The notes beneath the pieces were generated by a model. The model did not search any database. It worked only from the letters and a program-made list of their open reading frames with translations, and had not been told where the DNA came from. Shown in pieces: positions 49,171 through 61,900 of a DNA stretch of 64,000 bases (positions within the stretch are counted from its first letter, which is position 1; each line of letters opens with the position of its first letter). Where the stretch lies: the NCBI GenBank assembly GCA_965285935.1, contig OZ260663.1, forward strand, positions 104,470,001-104,534,000. The letters are read 5' to 3'. Position numbers and translations under genes: made by a program. The stretch is from Ophelia neglecta (taxonomy: Eukaryota).

Positions 49171-52100
49171 TCATTTACCATACTGGTTGGTAGTTGATAT
49201 TTCTGGTAGCTCATAGGCATGCGCTCGTTCGTCCTGAATGCCAAAGGTCGTTTGCTGCAGCTCATCGATATCTTCGTACAGTGGAGATGACGGTATTTGG
49301 GAATGAATAGAGTCATGGCCGAGTTCTCTATCGGTGTTATGAGAGGCAGGACCCGAGCGCTCAATCTGGGTCTTCATGTTCCTTAATTTTCTAATATACA
49401 TCCTGAAAATGTTGGGCAATTGTACTTTGAACAGAATTAATGTATTTAAAGGTCATTTCGTGACATTAATAGAGATATAATCTGTTTCGAAAATATGAAG
49501 ATACCAAAAACGACTTAATATAGCAGGTGTGATTTCAATAATTTTGAAATTATTCAAATTAAACTACAACATACAAAGAAAAACTAGACGACTAAGTCTC
49601 CCCCCCCCCCCTCAAAAAAACAAAACAATAATGACAGGATGTTGCGAGGTCTTCCAACTCATTCGTAGCCAGTCCCCCCCCCTTCCCTCATCCCCCCTCC
49701 TCCTTCATATCAAAGCAATACATTTTTGTTTTGTCATCAATTTTACATTGTCCTAAATGCCTATTCCACTGGGAGGAATTACCAACTGCACCTTTTTTTG
49801 GGCAGAAACAATGTGGACGAGCCTGACCCCAACTAAGGAGCACTTTCTTTTATAAACCCACATGATGGGAATATGTTTGTCAGATATAACGCCATATGAA
49901 TCACGGCTTGCTAGGTAATTAGCAAGAACACATTGCCAAGTTGTCCTAGGCAGGTTCATATCACACCCCTAACATTTCGTTCTGAGACAACTAAGTTTCC
50001 ATTAGAATTAAAAAGGGGGGTAAGCATCAAGTCTCATGACCCTAACAGTAGATAAGCATAAAGTTTCCGGGCCCTTATAGTAGCTAAGTTAGTATCCAAA
50101 ATGTTTGCCGCGGTTGTGTGCTTGTCTTTGTGTTTGGAGCGTGATTACGGGAGGGGGTGGGTTGGAGTGGGGGTGGGAACATAACAGCCAACAAACCGGC
50201 CCATTACATCTTTCTTTTTCTAAAGAAAGCAACATCTGCATTAAGTCTACATTCACGTTTCCTGTCTCCAGGGAGTGAACAGGAACGCCCTTTCCATGAA
50301 ATAATTGTTCTCCGTGTGAAGAGAAATTAAAGGTACATGAATCGCTGTGTATCGACTATGCGTGTGATAGTATGTTGTCAACACATAGATTAGGACGATA
50401 GAAAGCCACGCACCATAGACAAACCATCAATCCAGCTATAACTGCCACGAACACGACGGCACCGGCAGTAGCTCCACCAATCACAGCCGCGCTTACTCCT
50501 GAGCCCTGCGATGACGTATCGCCTTTCAGGGTAGCCCCGCTTGATGATACACTACTGGTCTGGGCCCCGTCACTCGATGGTGGTGTCGTGGATTGTGTTA
50601 TATTTGGTATTGTCTTCGTGGTTCTTATTGCTGGTAAGGTTGTCGTTTTTTCATTTGTAGTTGTCTGTAGCGGATTCTTCGTCGTAGCATCTGCAAAAAC
50701 AGTAAAAAAATGGAATCCTGGCAAACAGAGCTAAAGTCAATACTCAAGAATGATTCATTTCATCGTTCCCAAACAGTAATAAACATCAGCTGCAGGCCCA
50801 CAAGTATCAATCCCCAGGTTCTATACCTTTATATAGGGTGGCCTGTGGCTACGGTTTCCTGATGATATCAGACGGATTAAATGGACTCTTCTTGATTAAA
50901 TCTTTAGCTTTGTCAGAACAGGAATTCATTAGAGTTAACATTAGAGTACAAATGGGTACAATAAGAAGTGGTTTAAATTACTCTATGGTATGAGACATGC
51001 CTCTAAACAAATCAATCAGTGATTAATATTTCTATGATGATAAAGCCCTAGATAAAGGACAATCTACGATCGACTAGGATAAAGCAAAGACAGTGAGAGT
51101 ACCAGTCAATGAGTCGGTTGGCAGGGGAGTGATGAATAGAAAATAAAATGAAAATAATCTATATCATACTTTAACCCCTTCCAGGATAACAGTTGCATCT
51201 ACAATGTGCCCAATTAGTGTCCAATGCTTGTTGCAAAGCATTGCAGACGCTTACTCTGATGTAATAACCTGATGTAGGCCAGACGATTTCATGGGGATTC
51301 TTACACAGTCTTGAGGGGAGTCTTGAATTTTTGGTGTCTTATCATACCAATAAAGAAACATTTCAATACCATATGACGTCTTTGGCTTTCTGACTTCCCT
51401 TCCAGGGAATGTCGAGAAGGTGGATTCTGCTCTTACAATACGTCTGTACCTGATGTTATCAGATCGCAATGACCTAACATTCCTCCACAATGTTAAGGGT
51501 ATCGTACGCTACCCACTTTCTCAAAGTGGCGTGTGCTTTGTCAACGGACCCATATCAATTAAGAGTAGTGTTGTACTTACTTGCCTGCACATCACACTGC
51601 TCCCCAGTCCAGGTCATCATATTACTATCAGTAGCACACCCCCCAGTACAGACCCCTGTCTTCTTTTCGCATGCCCCGTTTAGACAATGTGGACTGCAAC
51701 AATTCTTTCCAACTTTCCCTCGAACACATTCTGAATAAATAAAGAAATACAATAAACAAAAGGTCTACCTTTGTATATATTATATCTCATTATCACAGCA
51801 CAGAAAAATGGCGTGGGGAACGCAGGCACCGATGCTAAGACAAAAATGGCCAAGAAAACTGTACCCATATGTATTCCCTTACCCAATATATACAACTTTG
51901 CGACACACATGTCCAAATTAAGATCAAATTATTCCCATATCATCTATCCAATTATACGTTCGAAGCCTTCTGTCTTATTTCCTATGCGTCTTTATGATGT
52001 CTTTGCTGGTAAAATTCGATTCTTTATCCAAAACTACTTTGTTAGGAGAATGTTCTTTGAATGTAAATCAAACTTTCTGGGCATGCCTGTTAAATCTGTT

Positions 52101-55100
52101 CATTTTTAACTCCACGTCTGTACTCAGAATCACACGGACCATTAAGAATGTAGCTTCGTATCATGTTGTCCTATTAATTTGGTTTGTCACATGTGTTCTA
52201 TATATCTTATGCTTGTTTGGTTTATTTAGCAACTGTAAACTTCCCATACACCTGTTCATAAACAGCTAATACAACTGAAATCGAATTGTAATATTGCGTA
52301 ACGCTGTCGACTTTACTGCCTACCTTTACAGTCGGGAAGTTTGTATCTATCAGGACACTTCCTACACCCATGGTAGACATCGCATGTACTGGACTCCGGA
52401 CAGTCAGCGCAATCTACATATATAACACAATAGAATGGAGGAAATGGTATACACTTATATCAGTCAAAGACCACGCCAAGACGAAGAGTTGAACTGTTAT
52501 TCCCAAGACTATTGAGTGAGTACAAAGGGGGTTCCTACGTCTCTGGCAATTGTTTTTAACATTTTTTTGGGGGCAATTTCAAAACTGAATTATTTCGTTC
52601 AAGACTACCTGCAGTTGGTATCAACGAGCGTGGCTATTTCAAAATATAGGGCTGAATAATGCTAAATGAATAGACCGTCTTAATCATTAGTGGTGGCATA
52701 TGGGATAGAACGAGTGTGAATAATCTGACTTATGCCCTTATATTTTATATATGTCGTCCTGTCAGCTCAACGTTTTGATATAAATAAAATATTCAACTTA
52801 TCTAAAACATTCTAATGTATGTATGCCTATTTCCAGAAAAAAAGGTGAATTACCTATATATCTTCGTCCCATAACAACCACCTCGCATAGTGTTAAGTCG
52901 GAAGTTTCAAATACCTGCAACACCACGTTACTCCCGATGATAGGCGCGCCATGTAAACATGTTACGTTCGTGTATTGTGTATGGTTATTGTTGATGAGTG
53001 TACTATACCGACAGTAGTCATTAAGTAATGGGTCATTGGAGTAGTTTCCTATGCTGGTAACAAAGTTAACCGGGTTACCTGGAAATAGGGCATATCGTTT
53101 GCAATTTAAACCTTATTCTGCCAGATATACTTTACTTGATGATTAAAATTCCGACCTTTTCCCAATTAAGATATATGTTTATAGACTTATCAAATGGTAC
53201 AGGGCATTATACCTTCATGGCCACCATACACTAATACACTCGATATAATATGCAGATGTCCAAGTCTCACCATCCACCAAAGCTGGTTTTGTTCCTGTTG
53301 TATATATGAACAGTGTTGACCATCTGTGTTCTCCGTAGATATACCATCTACCGCAAGGTTAGCCAGTCTCTTTTTCCCGTATTGAAAATCACTCTGCAAC
53401 GCTTCTTTACCAAGTGCCACATTACCTGTTCAAGTTAGAGCAGACGTCAAATCATAGTATGTTGACAATCAGAGTTTATAGTATAGCTATTCACTAATTA
53501 ATGCATTGATTGATCTATTGTATTAATTATTGTGTTACCTTACTTCATGTGAATTATAGGAATCCGGATGTACTTTGTAGTTCAATTAATCAACGTATCA
53601 AAATAGGGCTTGGTTTCTGAAACGTTAAATATACTTTTATCTTCTTTCTGTCTCGTTGCATGTCACATGACATGTCACACAACCCATTGGTCTTTAGAAC
53701 AATTGTACACTTTTTAAAGGAATACTTTCAACTGCCTTGATAATGCGTAGATAGTATTAACAACCGTTAAGTACGGCCAACTAAAGTTTGTGCCCGGCAG
53801 ATAAAAGAATACTAGTTCATACATTTATTCCATATTCCACAAGAATGGGGAAGCATATTCTTGATCTTCTGGTTTCACTTTATTCACTGTTTTGCGTTAT
53901 ATGTATCACGAAATGGAAACACTGAAATGATCACAGGGCAATTGCCTCCATATCATCGAATGCATGTTTTTGTTTAAGATAAATACGGAGAAACCTTACC
54001 AAACCCGCATCCTGGCTCGGTCCACTGCACATTACCCGGACTCCATCTTTCACATTCCACCCCAGGACGACAGTCTCCAGTGTCAAGGTCACAGATCCCA
54101 TCGATACAGCGACATGGAAACGCACAATTTTCGGAGTCATTACCATATCGACAAGAACCTATGTTATAGTAAAGCATGTAATGTGACAATCGGGAAGAGA
54201 GAGTGATTTAGGTCAAAAAAAGGTTAATGTTCAATTTGTTTCGAGATATAAGAATAGTGTGTACATTCGTATACAGTTGCATATACACAGATGTAAGCGA
54301 GTCTTTGGCCTGGTATGCCGGCCTCTTTCTACTTCGAGAGTATGACTACTTAACCGACATTTCGACAGCGCGTGTCGATACTAAAATCACTTATATGTCT
54401 CAGGAATGGTTTCAGAACGCAAGACATTTTAATTGTAAAATAAGTTCTTAATAAGTTCTTAATAAATATCTTATATGTTATCTCGTTGCTGTATAATCAA
54501 TATGTAGAGGCAATTCCCCACACTCCCCTTACACTGCACGCGTGCTAGTAGATGCCTTTACACAAAGCTCATACTTAAGATAACCTAAGTGAATGGTATT
54601 CAAAACACTACATGCAGATGGGTGGAAGCCCCACATTTCACTGCCATACAAAAAGTATTGGCTTAATACAGGTCTAAAATATAGAAAGTGAAACATTTAG
54701 TGGTAGCTTACCAAATGATTTTGTTCATTCTTTAGATGCCAACATTGCATTGAGCGCCTGGTCTTTTAAATATACATAATTTGATTTGAAAATATCACCA
54801 GTAATTCTCTGCGTTTCTGGAAGAATATTGCCTATATACCTGTACTTTTGAACCCGTTCAATAACGTGATCAAATCCAAATTAATTTTCATTTTTACTGT
54901 CAGCTGCAAAACATTTTCCAAAAATCATATATTTTTGATCAAAATGTAGATAGGCCATTGACCTGAGTCTGTAGACCATCCGTCGAGTCTGACAATAGAA
55001 TAAGGTCGTCTTCCCACAGTAAATGTGTAAGAGGATCAGATCCTCATCAATAACAATAACATGATCCTCTTGACCTACCCTGATAGGCTTTCTTATCGGC

Positions 55101-56446
55101 CAAATATCTAAGGAAGAGATCGGAACTCCCTGGTTTAAACCAATCAGACATTCAATGAGATCAGTAATCCCCTCTACACTCCTACCTTTGTACCTGGTTT
55201 TAGAATGAAATATTTCGGAGGGTGTCGATGACCGTGTAAATCCGATTTGATTAATATAAATAATAGGATAAGCCTGTTAATAAGATCGGATGCCTTGGAG
55301 AAGTCCACAAACCACACGAAAACCCTTATCCTATACAGAGCTGATTTTGGATAAGACCAACAAGAATAAACATTTTGTCGGCAGTCTGTGAATCTTTCAA
55401 ACACCCCCCATTATGAATGTCTACTGTTATATGCTCCGTTTATAAACCGAAGACGATGAATCACTATGATTTCGAATATTTTCTCAATCACAGGTAAGAT
55501 GGTAATATGTCGATATTTAGTTACAACCGATTTGTCACCGGTCTTGGGCACAGGTACCCGCAAACCTAGTTACAATCACGTCTCACAACAACGCCGGCCG
55601 CCGCAACCACCTCGCAACAATTTTTTTTTCGGTTACGCGGACTTTAGGGCGATACACAGACCTATACTGGGCTAGTACTCGCAAACTTATATATATATAC
55701 ATATATAAATGATCATGAAATATTCTTAGCCTTACCCAATATATCATGCTATAACAACACTTGTTGTAATACAGTGCATTATATTCATCACTGTTTGTTT
55801 GAAGAGATGACTCATTTAGAACATCACAGTAAGTTTACTATCATATACGTAGATCATACATTGAATCCTGCTTGGAAACTTCTATTTTATTATAATAATT
55901 GAGTCAATTAGATCTTATCATGTCCACAAATGCTGTGTACCCGTTAACAAGGATATTAATACCGGAAGCCTGTCTGTTTTACGATGTTGACAAACTGTTT
56001 GTACTTGCCTATAAAAATACAGCACTATTTTAGTGGAGACTGTATCGATACTAGGGCCAGGGCCTTTCGACAAAAGATGAAATACTTGCGATTTAAATAG
56101 GTATGAATAAGCTGCGTTTGGCATACATATTTCATTGATTCAAGAAAAGAAAACCTCATTTGTGCATTTTTTACCTGCCATTCAGCATATGACCAATAAC
56201 CAGTTCATAGCAAGTTATTCGAAATGAAATACAGAAGGGCACTATAGTTTATACTTATTCAGCCAGAGGCTTAACGCAGGAAATAGGCTCTACACAACGT
56301 AACAACGTAAACCTCTGTACTGGAATGTTTGACAACAATCTGACTCAAACATAAACAATAAATTATATAAAAAGCTTACCTGAAACTCTAACAGAAGCCC
56401 AATAAACAATCACAATTGAGAGTATGGTTGGAAGCACGACCGGCAT
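49171..56446 (-). CDS. Gene C: phosphatase-less paralog; SP, EGF-like, F-type lectin-like, EGF-like, Ser/Thr stalk, TM and short Tyr-motif tail (~470 aa)
   Basis: Exons 56380-56446 (signal MPVVLPTILSIVIVYWASVRVS), 54000-54158, 53213-53425, 52854-53078, 52324-52413, 51581-51730 (sizes/phases as in A/B), 50414-50690 (Thr/Ser-rich stalk + TM) and 49171-49402 (tail with LYEDI, AYELP, QYG). No PTP exons found between here and gene B. Confidence 0.82.
54560..55450 (-). mobile_element. Decayed non-LTR retrotransposon RT fragment in intron 1 of gene C
   Basis: Broken frames give FVDFSKASDLINR, LTHLLWEDDLILLSDSTDGLQTQVNGL (YADD-box equivalent) and VIERVQKYRYIG. Confidence 0.75.
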
Positions 56447-56854
56447 GACGGCTAGAAGCTTTGTGAATTACAAGTCTTTCACTTTGTTACGCTATAAAGC
56501 CTACTTTCATTGCAAATTCCTTAAACATGGGTCACGTGCATTGATAAGCTCGATTTAAACACCACCAATCGTCCCACACTGATAGTGACTCGTGTCATTT
56601 TTGATCAGTTATATTTGCACATCCTGGTTAGAATTTATCAGTTTATTTTGGGCTAAATGTAAAATACCCGGATGTTATGTCAATAGATAATAAAATTACT
56701 ATATGCACATTCAGCAGTATCGCTTGGTCATTACGTGCATGGCCAACACATATCGGGTGACTCACGACAATTGATTATCTTACAATTATTTTCGACATTG
56801 TAGGCCGTTAATGGCCGAAAGGCAATGCGTGTCAAATATACTACTTTCGATGCA

Positions 56855-57070
56855 TGGGCGATGTGTTTCTAATAGACAACTGGCGACGCATGAACGATAT
56901 GTGTCTTATAGATATCTGGCGATGTATGTCTATCAGACACCTGACTTTCAAATGGCTATACGTGTTTAACAGACACAAGGCGTCCCATGGACGACATGTG
57001 TCTAATAGACGTATGGAGTCACATGGACAATGTGCGTTTAATAGACAACTAGGTTCAATGGGTGATCCTT
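56855..57070. repeat. Degenerate ~34-bp tandem repeat with GTCTAATAGAC-like palindromic cores
   Basis: Six or seven variants of ATGGRCGATGTGTGTCTAATAGAC in series. Confidence 0.55.
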
Positions 57071-57802
57071 GTTGAAAAAAGCTTCCCATAAAGGATGGCT
57101 AACCAATAGACACCCGACTGTCTAATTGGTCTATCAATCACCTATGACTGCACTTTATGGCAAATAAACGGACGTTATACGCCACGTATACTAACTGACA
57201 ACAGGGGAAGATGGACATAGACGGCCCCGATACGTACGTCTGTTTATCCCCCTATAAGATAGTTATTTCAAACATGCTTCAATAAAGGGGCCCGGTTTTG
57301 GCCTGGTTTGTAAGAAGAGTGCAGCGTACGGCCAATTGAAGACATTTGTCTAGCCATGGTCTTGCCTAATAGATAATTTTAATCCTGATAAAGTTGTCTG
57401 TTCATGTACGCTTGACGACTGATGGACAATGAATTTTTGGGGACTAACATTGCTAAGGAATGCTAAAATACAGCTGTTACGCAAAAAAAATTATTCTTTC
57501 CTCGAGATGGGAGATTCAAGTCTTTGTTGTTAAAAAATTATTATATCCGCATTGGTTTTTTTCTTTCAGGCAATATACAGGTACAATGGTATTGGATTCC
57601 TGGCAGATAATGCAAAAACATTAATTAACATTAACAATTAATTCGATCAATATTCCCTAAGCTCAGGCCTACAGAATGGATAAATAAGACTAATCAAAAT
57701 AAGGATCGTTAAAAGAATTCATGACAAAACATATAAAAAATGTCTAATATGTAAAGTGTATAACGCACCATACACACGGGAAACCGATTTTGCTAGTTTC
57801 AC

Positions 57803-58615
57803 AGTCATGCATAAACATAACAAAAGGCTTTTCAACACACGAAAGCTATACATCGAAGTATGCGCAATATAGTAAACTTAAACATAATCAGATCACAGGA
57901 ATATACATATGATCTGGTAATAGTTAGGGTAATCTTGTCGCCATTTACTCTTTATTGCGTAACACATCTTTGAAAAGTTATAGCTAAAGAGTAAATATAC
58001 ATTCTGATTTCTCGGAGGCGACACCTCGGTGTCTGGTATTTCGAAATGAAATTTGATTACCTCATAAATCGTCATAGTCATGCATAAACATAACAAAAGG
58101 CTTTTCAACACACGAAAGCTATACATCGAAGTATGCGCAATATAGTAAACTTAAACATAATCAGATCACAGGAACATACATATGATCTGGTAATAGTTAG
58201 GGTAATCTTGTCGCCATTTACTCTTTATTGCGTAACACATCTTTGAAAAGTTATAGCTAAAGAGTAAATATACATTCTGATTTCTCGGAGGCGACACCTC
58301 GGTGTCTGGTATTTCGAAATGAAATTTGATTACCTCATAAATCGTCATAGTCATGCATAAACATAACAAAAGGCTTTTCAACACACGAAAGCTATACATC
58401 GAAGTATGCGCAATATAGTAAACTTAAACATATTCAGATCACAGGAACATACATATGATCTGGTAATAATTAGGGTAATCTTGTCGCCATTTACACTTTA
58501 TTGCGTTTCACATTTTCGAAAAGTTATAGCTACAGCGTAAATATACATTCTGATTTCTCGGAGGCGACACTTCGGTGTCTGGTATTTCGATATGAAATTT
58601 GATTACCTCATAAAT
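57803..58615. repeat. 273-bp tandem repeat, ~3 copies
   Basis: AGTCATGCATAAACATAACAAAAGGC starts at 57803, 58076 and 58349; copies 1 and 2 almost identical, copy 3 slightly diverged. Confidence 0.95.
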
Positions 58616-58617
58616 CA

Positions 58618-58960
58618 TAGATTCAGATTCATTTATTTGACCAAGAAATCATACAATTGCAATATTACAGGAAAGTCAAAGACACACAACACACGAATAT
58701 CATGAAGAAAAAAAAAAAAAGCAAATGCATGCTTTCGAAATACCAGTAGCAGTGTGTCCCCGCGGTCAGGGAGACCCCCATTAAGTCCTAAATGGACGCT
58801 AGCATGGGGGCCACCACAGGGAAAAGTATAAGGGTTCAAAGCAGAATAAAAAAATAAAAATACAGAGGTGAAGGAGCATTGGTCAAATGCTCACACTTAG
58901 CACCAACACAATACATTCAGACAAATTCAGACATATCTCACACCGTTCCATGGACCATCT
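58618..58960 (-). mobile_element. Possible LINE 3' end remnant
   Basis: Minus strand ends AATAAATGAATCTGAATCT, a polyA signal plus short-repeat tail as in CR1/L2-type 3' ends; no coding evidence. Confidence 0.3.
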
Positions 58961-61900
58961 TGACAGTGGTAGTTAATTTATAATTATGGTTTTTAATGAT
59001 AGATATATATTTATCATAATGGTTTTTAATGACAAATATATTAACCACATTATATGTGATGATGAAAACCCTGGCAATGTGGAGGCCAGTCATTTACCAA
59101 CATATTGGTGAAAACAGTTAATAGGTTCACAATTTGTAATTTGCACGAGGTCGAATATAACAAGGCAATTTTGAGGCCATTGTTTTAATAGCACAATAAT
59201 ATTAACTATAATTTGGCAGATTACAACTTTGTCGACCACATAGAAGCAATATGTATTTAATGGTTGCAGTGTTACCTTTACATACCATGAAAACCGCGCG
59301 CTCCATATGCTGATTAAAAAAAAATAAGAATAGTATCAGAAAGTTTACATCAAATAATCTCATAATGCTCCATAGATATAAATTTTATTATATCAAATAT
59401 GCATGTATTACACCTCATCTGGCGCATCTATACCACTTCAAAATAAACATAGGTTTTGATACTTATCTTTAGAGCAATTGTTTAGGAAGACTTATAAACT
59501 TCTAAGCTTTAGTAGGACGAACAAACTCGCATCCGTGTCAAATATAGCGTAAGTAATTAACGAGTTTTGCATATGTACCTCAATGTATATGTGACAAAAG
59601 TTAATGCTTATCAAAAATTTGGGTATTAATCTTATTGATTTAGTAAACTGTTGTCTATGCAACGACGGACCTCTGTAATGCACCGTTCAAGTATCGGCAC
59701 GGGAGATTCAAAATCACACTGAACCCTCGCCTGATAAGGTATATTGAGTTGGGTGTCATCAGGATATGAGCAGTATATAATACAATTTAAATATGTTCGT
59801 GTCCTCCTAGTAAGATAAGAAATCTGACCTGTTGATATTTGCCACTTTCAATATTTGCTTGAAAAACGGACTAACTTTTGCATGTTTATACTGAGAAGAT
59901 ACACGTCAGCATTTGATTAATACGTTATAATATGTAGGGATATGGTGACCACTAACATCATATACAACTGATTGGGATCGCGAAGCACATTGATTTGTGA
60001 TTGGGCTTCAATCGAAGCTCGATTCTAAATGATTTAAATGCGATGGGATGGTCTCAGGAAGGTATCTGATGGTTATCAAAGTTGAAAAGTTTAAGAACGA
60101 AATGTATATTATTAATGCTTAAAAAGTAGCAAAGATAAGACAACATGTTTCTATGTAAGCCCACTTTCCAAATAAATTAATAAAGGAAGAATCATATTGT
60201 CCTATATAATATGCGGTAAAAGTAAACAAATTAATGGCTAAACATAACATAATATAACCCCTTATCTTGATACCGCTTCTATAAACCGGGCGCTGGTTGT
60301 AATACGATAGTATAATATAATTTGATGTCTTGGATCTGTGCCTTTTAGTAGTGGTCCGGATATCTGTAATTTATAACTTCGATGAAGACACAATGCCAGA
60401 AACGCTTTTTTATAGTGCTATAAATCATATGTTATCATTTCATAGTTTTGTTTTTGGCTAATGTTATGTTTGCAGTGAGCGACCTGTGTAGGCAAGCGAA
60501 GAAGCCTTAAATCTCGCCTTTCATGTTTTGCTCTTGTTGAACCAGATATTAGATTTTTTGATGTCTACCTTACTTTCTTTTTCTGATATTGGATTGCCTG
60601 CCGCGAACAGACCCCTCTGTTTATATTTTGCAGTGCCACACGTTTTGTTCGAGGGCCTAAGGGGATTGCGGATCACGGCACGAAACATGACTACACGATA
60701 AGAAGAAGGACAATCAGACTGTTTTGCTCTGCCCCTTCACAAAACTAAATTCAGCCTGATGGCTCACGGATGTTATAGAGGCTAAGATTCAGCTCTTTGG
60801 ATCGCAAATATAATAACAACCTACTAGACTTCTTAACAACAATATCCAACCAGGAGTGGAGACCAATTTAAATATAAAAGTAAGCTACAAGCCTTGGAAC
60901 CCACTTCAATTATTACAGTGCCCTTTTAGCATTGTTACCCATTACATTTGTAACACTACCCTTCCAGCCTTGCAGCCATCTAAAAAACACCCCTCGCTTC
61001 GAAGCCAAGTTTTTATATGTCTAGCGACGCCTTAGACTGCCATGGCAAATAAAAGCACCGTCAATACCCGCTCCATAGGTTCATCATAGACTACCACAGA
61101 GTATAGTTCATCATTTACCTACGTTGACAAGTAACTGGTTTCTTTTGTGCTCGCAATCACATCGTAAAAAAGTGGTTTATAATTCTCAATGCAATTTATA
61201 TCTAAATTAATTTTTATATTACTGTGCAATTATTAACAGTTATCTAACTGCTGCTGACGGTTTAGGTTTCCGCGATTTATTCGATCACCAATTTCCTTAG
61301 TAAGTATCAAGATAAGCAAGGGATTAGCTCCTTAATGATTTTGTGTCAAAACTATAAACACGGCAGGTCTTACTGTGAGTATGATTGCTTGTTTAATAAG
61401 TGTAGTAAATTTATTGCCCTATGCTTCATATAGTGGTAACTTATGTTGGTGTATTTATGAAGGTCACTTGACAATAAAACTGTCTACAGTTATATGCTTG
61501 AAAATAAAGCTATACAGAAATCTTGAATGAATGCCAGCCACGGTCCTACGACTGTTTGAAATGACAATATGCCCGCGTTAGAAAACACCTAGAGAAAGCG
61601 ACATGGTATTTGGTTGCTGATTACCGCAACAGGTAAGATAAGACGAGGAATCCGTGTGTTTCTAATTACAGGAAAATAACCAGAGCCAAATTGCCTTTGC
61701 CATTCATAGATTAAGTCACCAACCGATCACCCTTGTTGTGTGAATGATAATCCCATTTGAACTTTATACTTATGTACACTACAAGATATAGTGTAGATGT
61801 ATATAAATCGTGATTTTAACTACAATAGAACAAATGAAATGGTAAAATACTGCATAAACCAGTCCATAAATAAACCAAATACATGTCATAAATATAGACC

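Noticed and set aside
51251-51490. 79-aa ORF as an extra exon of gene C
   Set aside because: No good acceptor, donor phase incompatible in that frame, no domain similarity; flanking exons join in phase without it.
57893-58399. Duplicated 77-aa ORFs
   Set aside because: Products of the 273-bp repeat, with no recognisable domain.
46603-58615. CRISPR-like reading of the G-rich, 34-bp or 273-bp repeats
   Set aside because: No constant repeat with unique spacers, no cas genes, and the context is intron-containing eukaryotic DNA.
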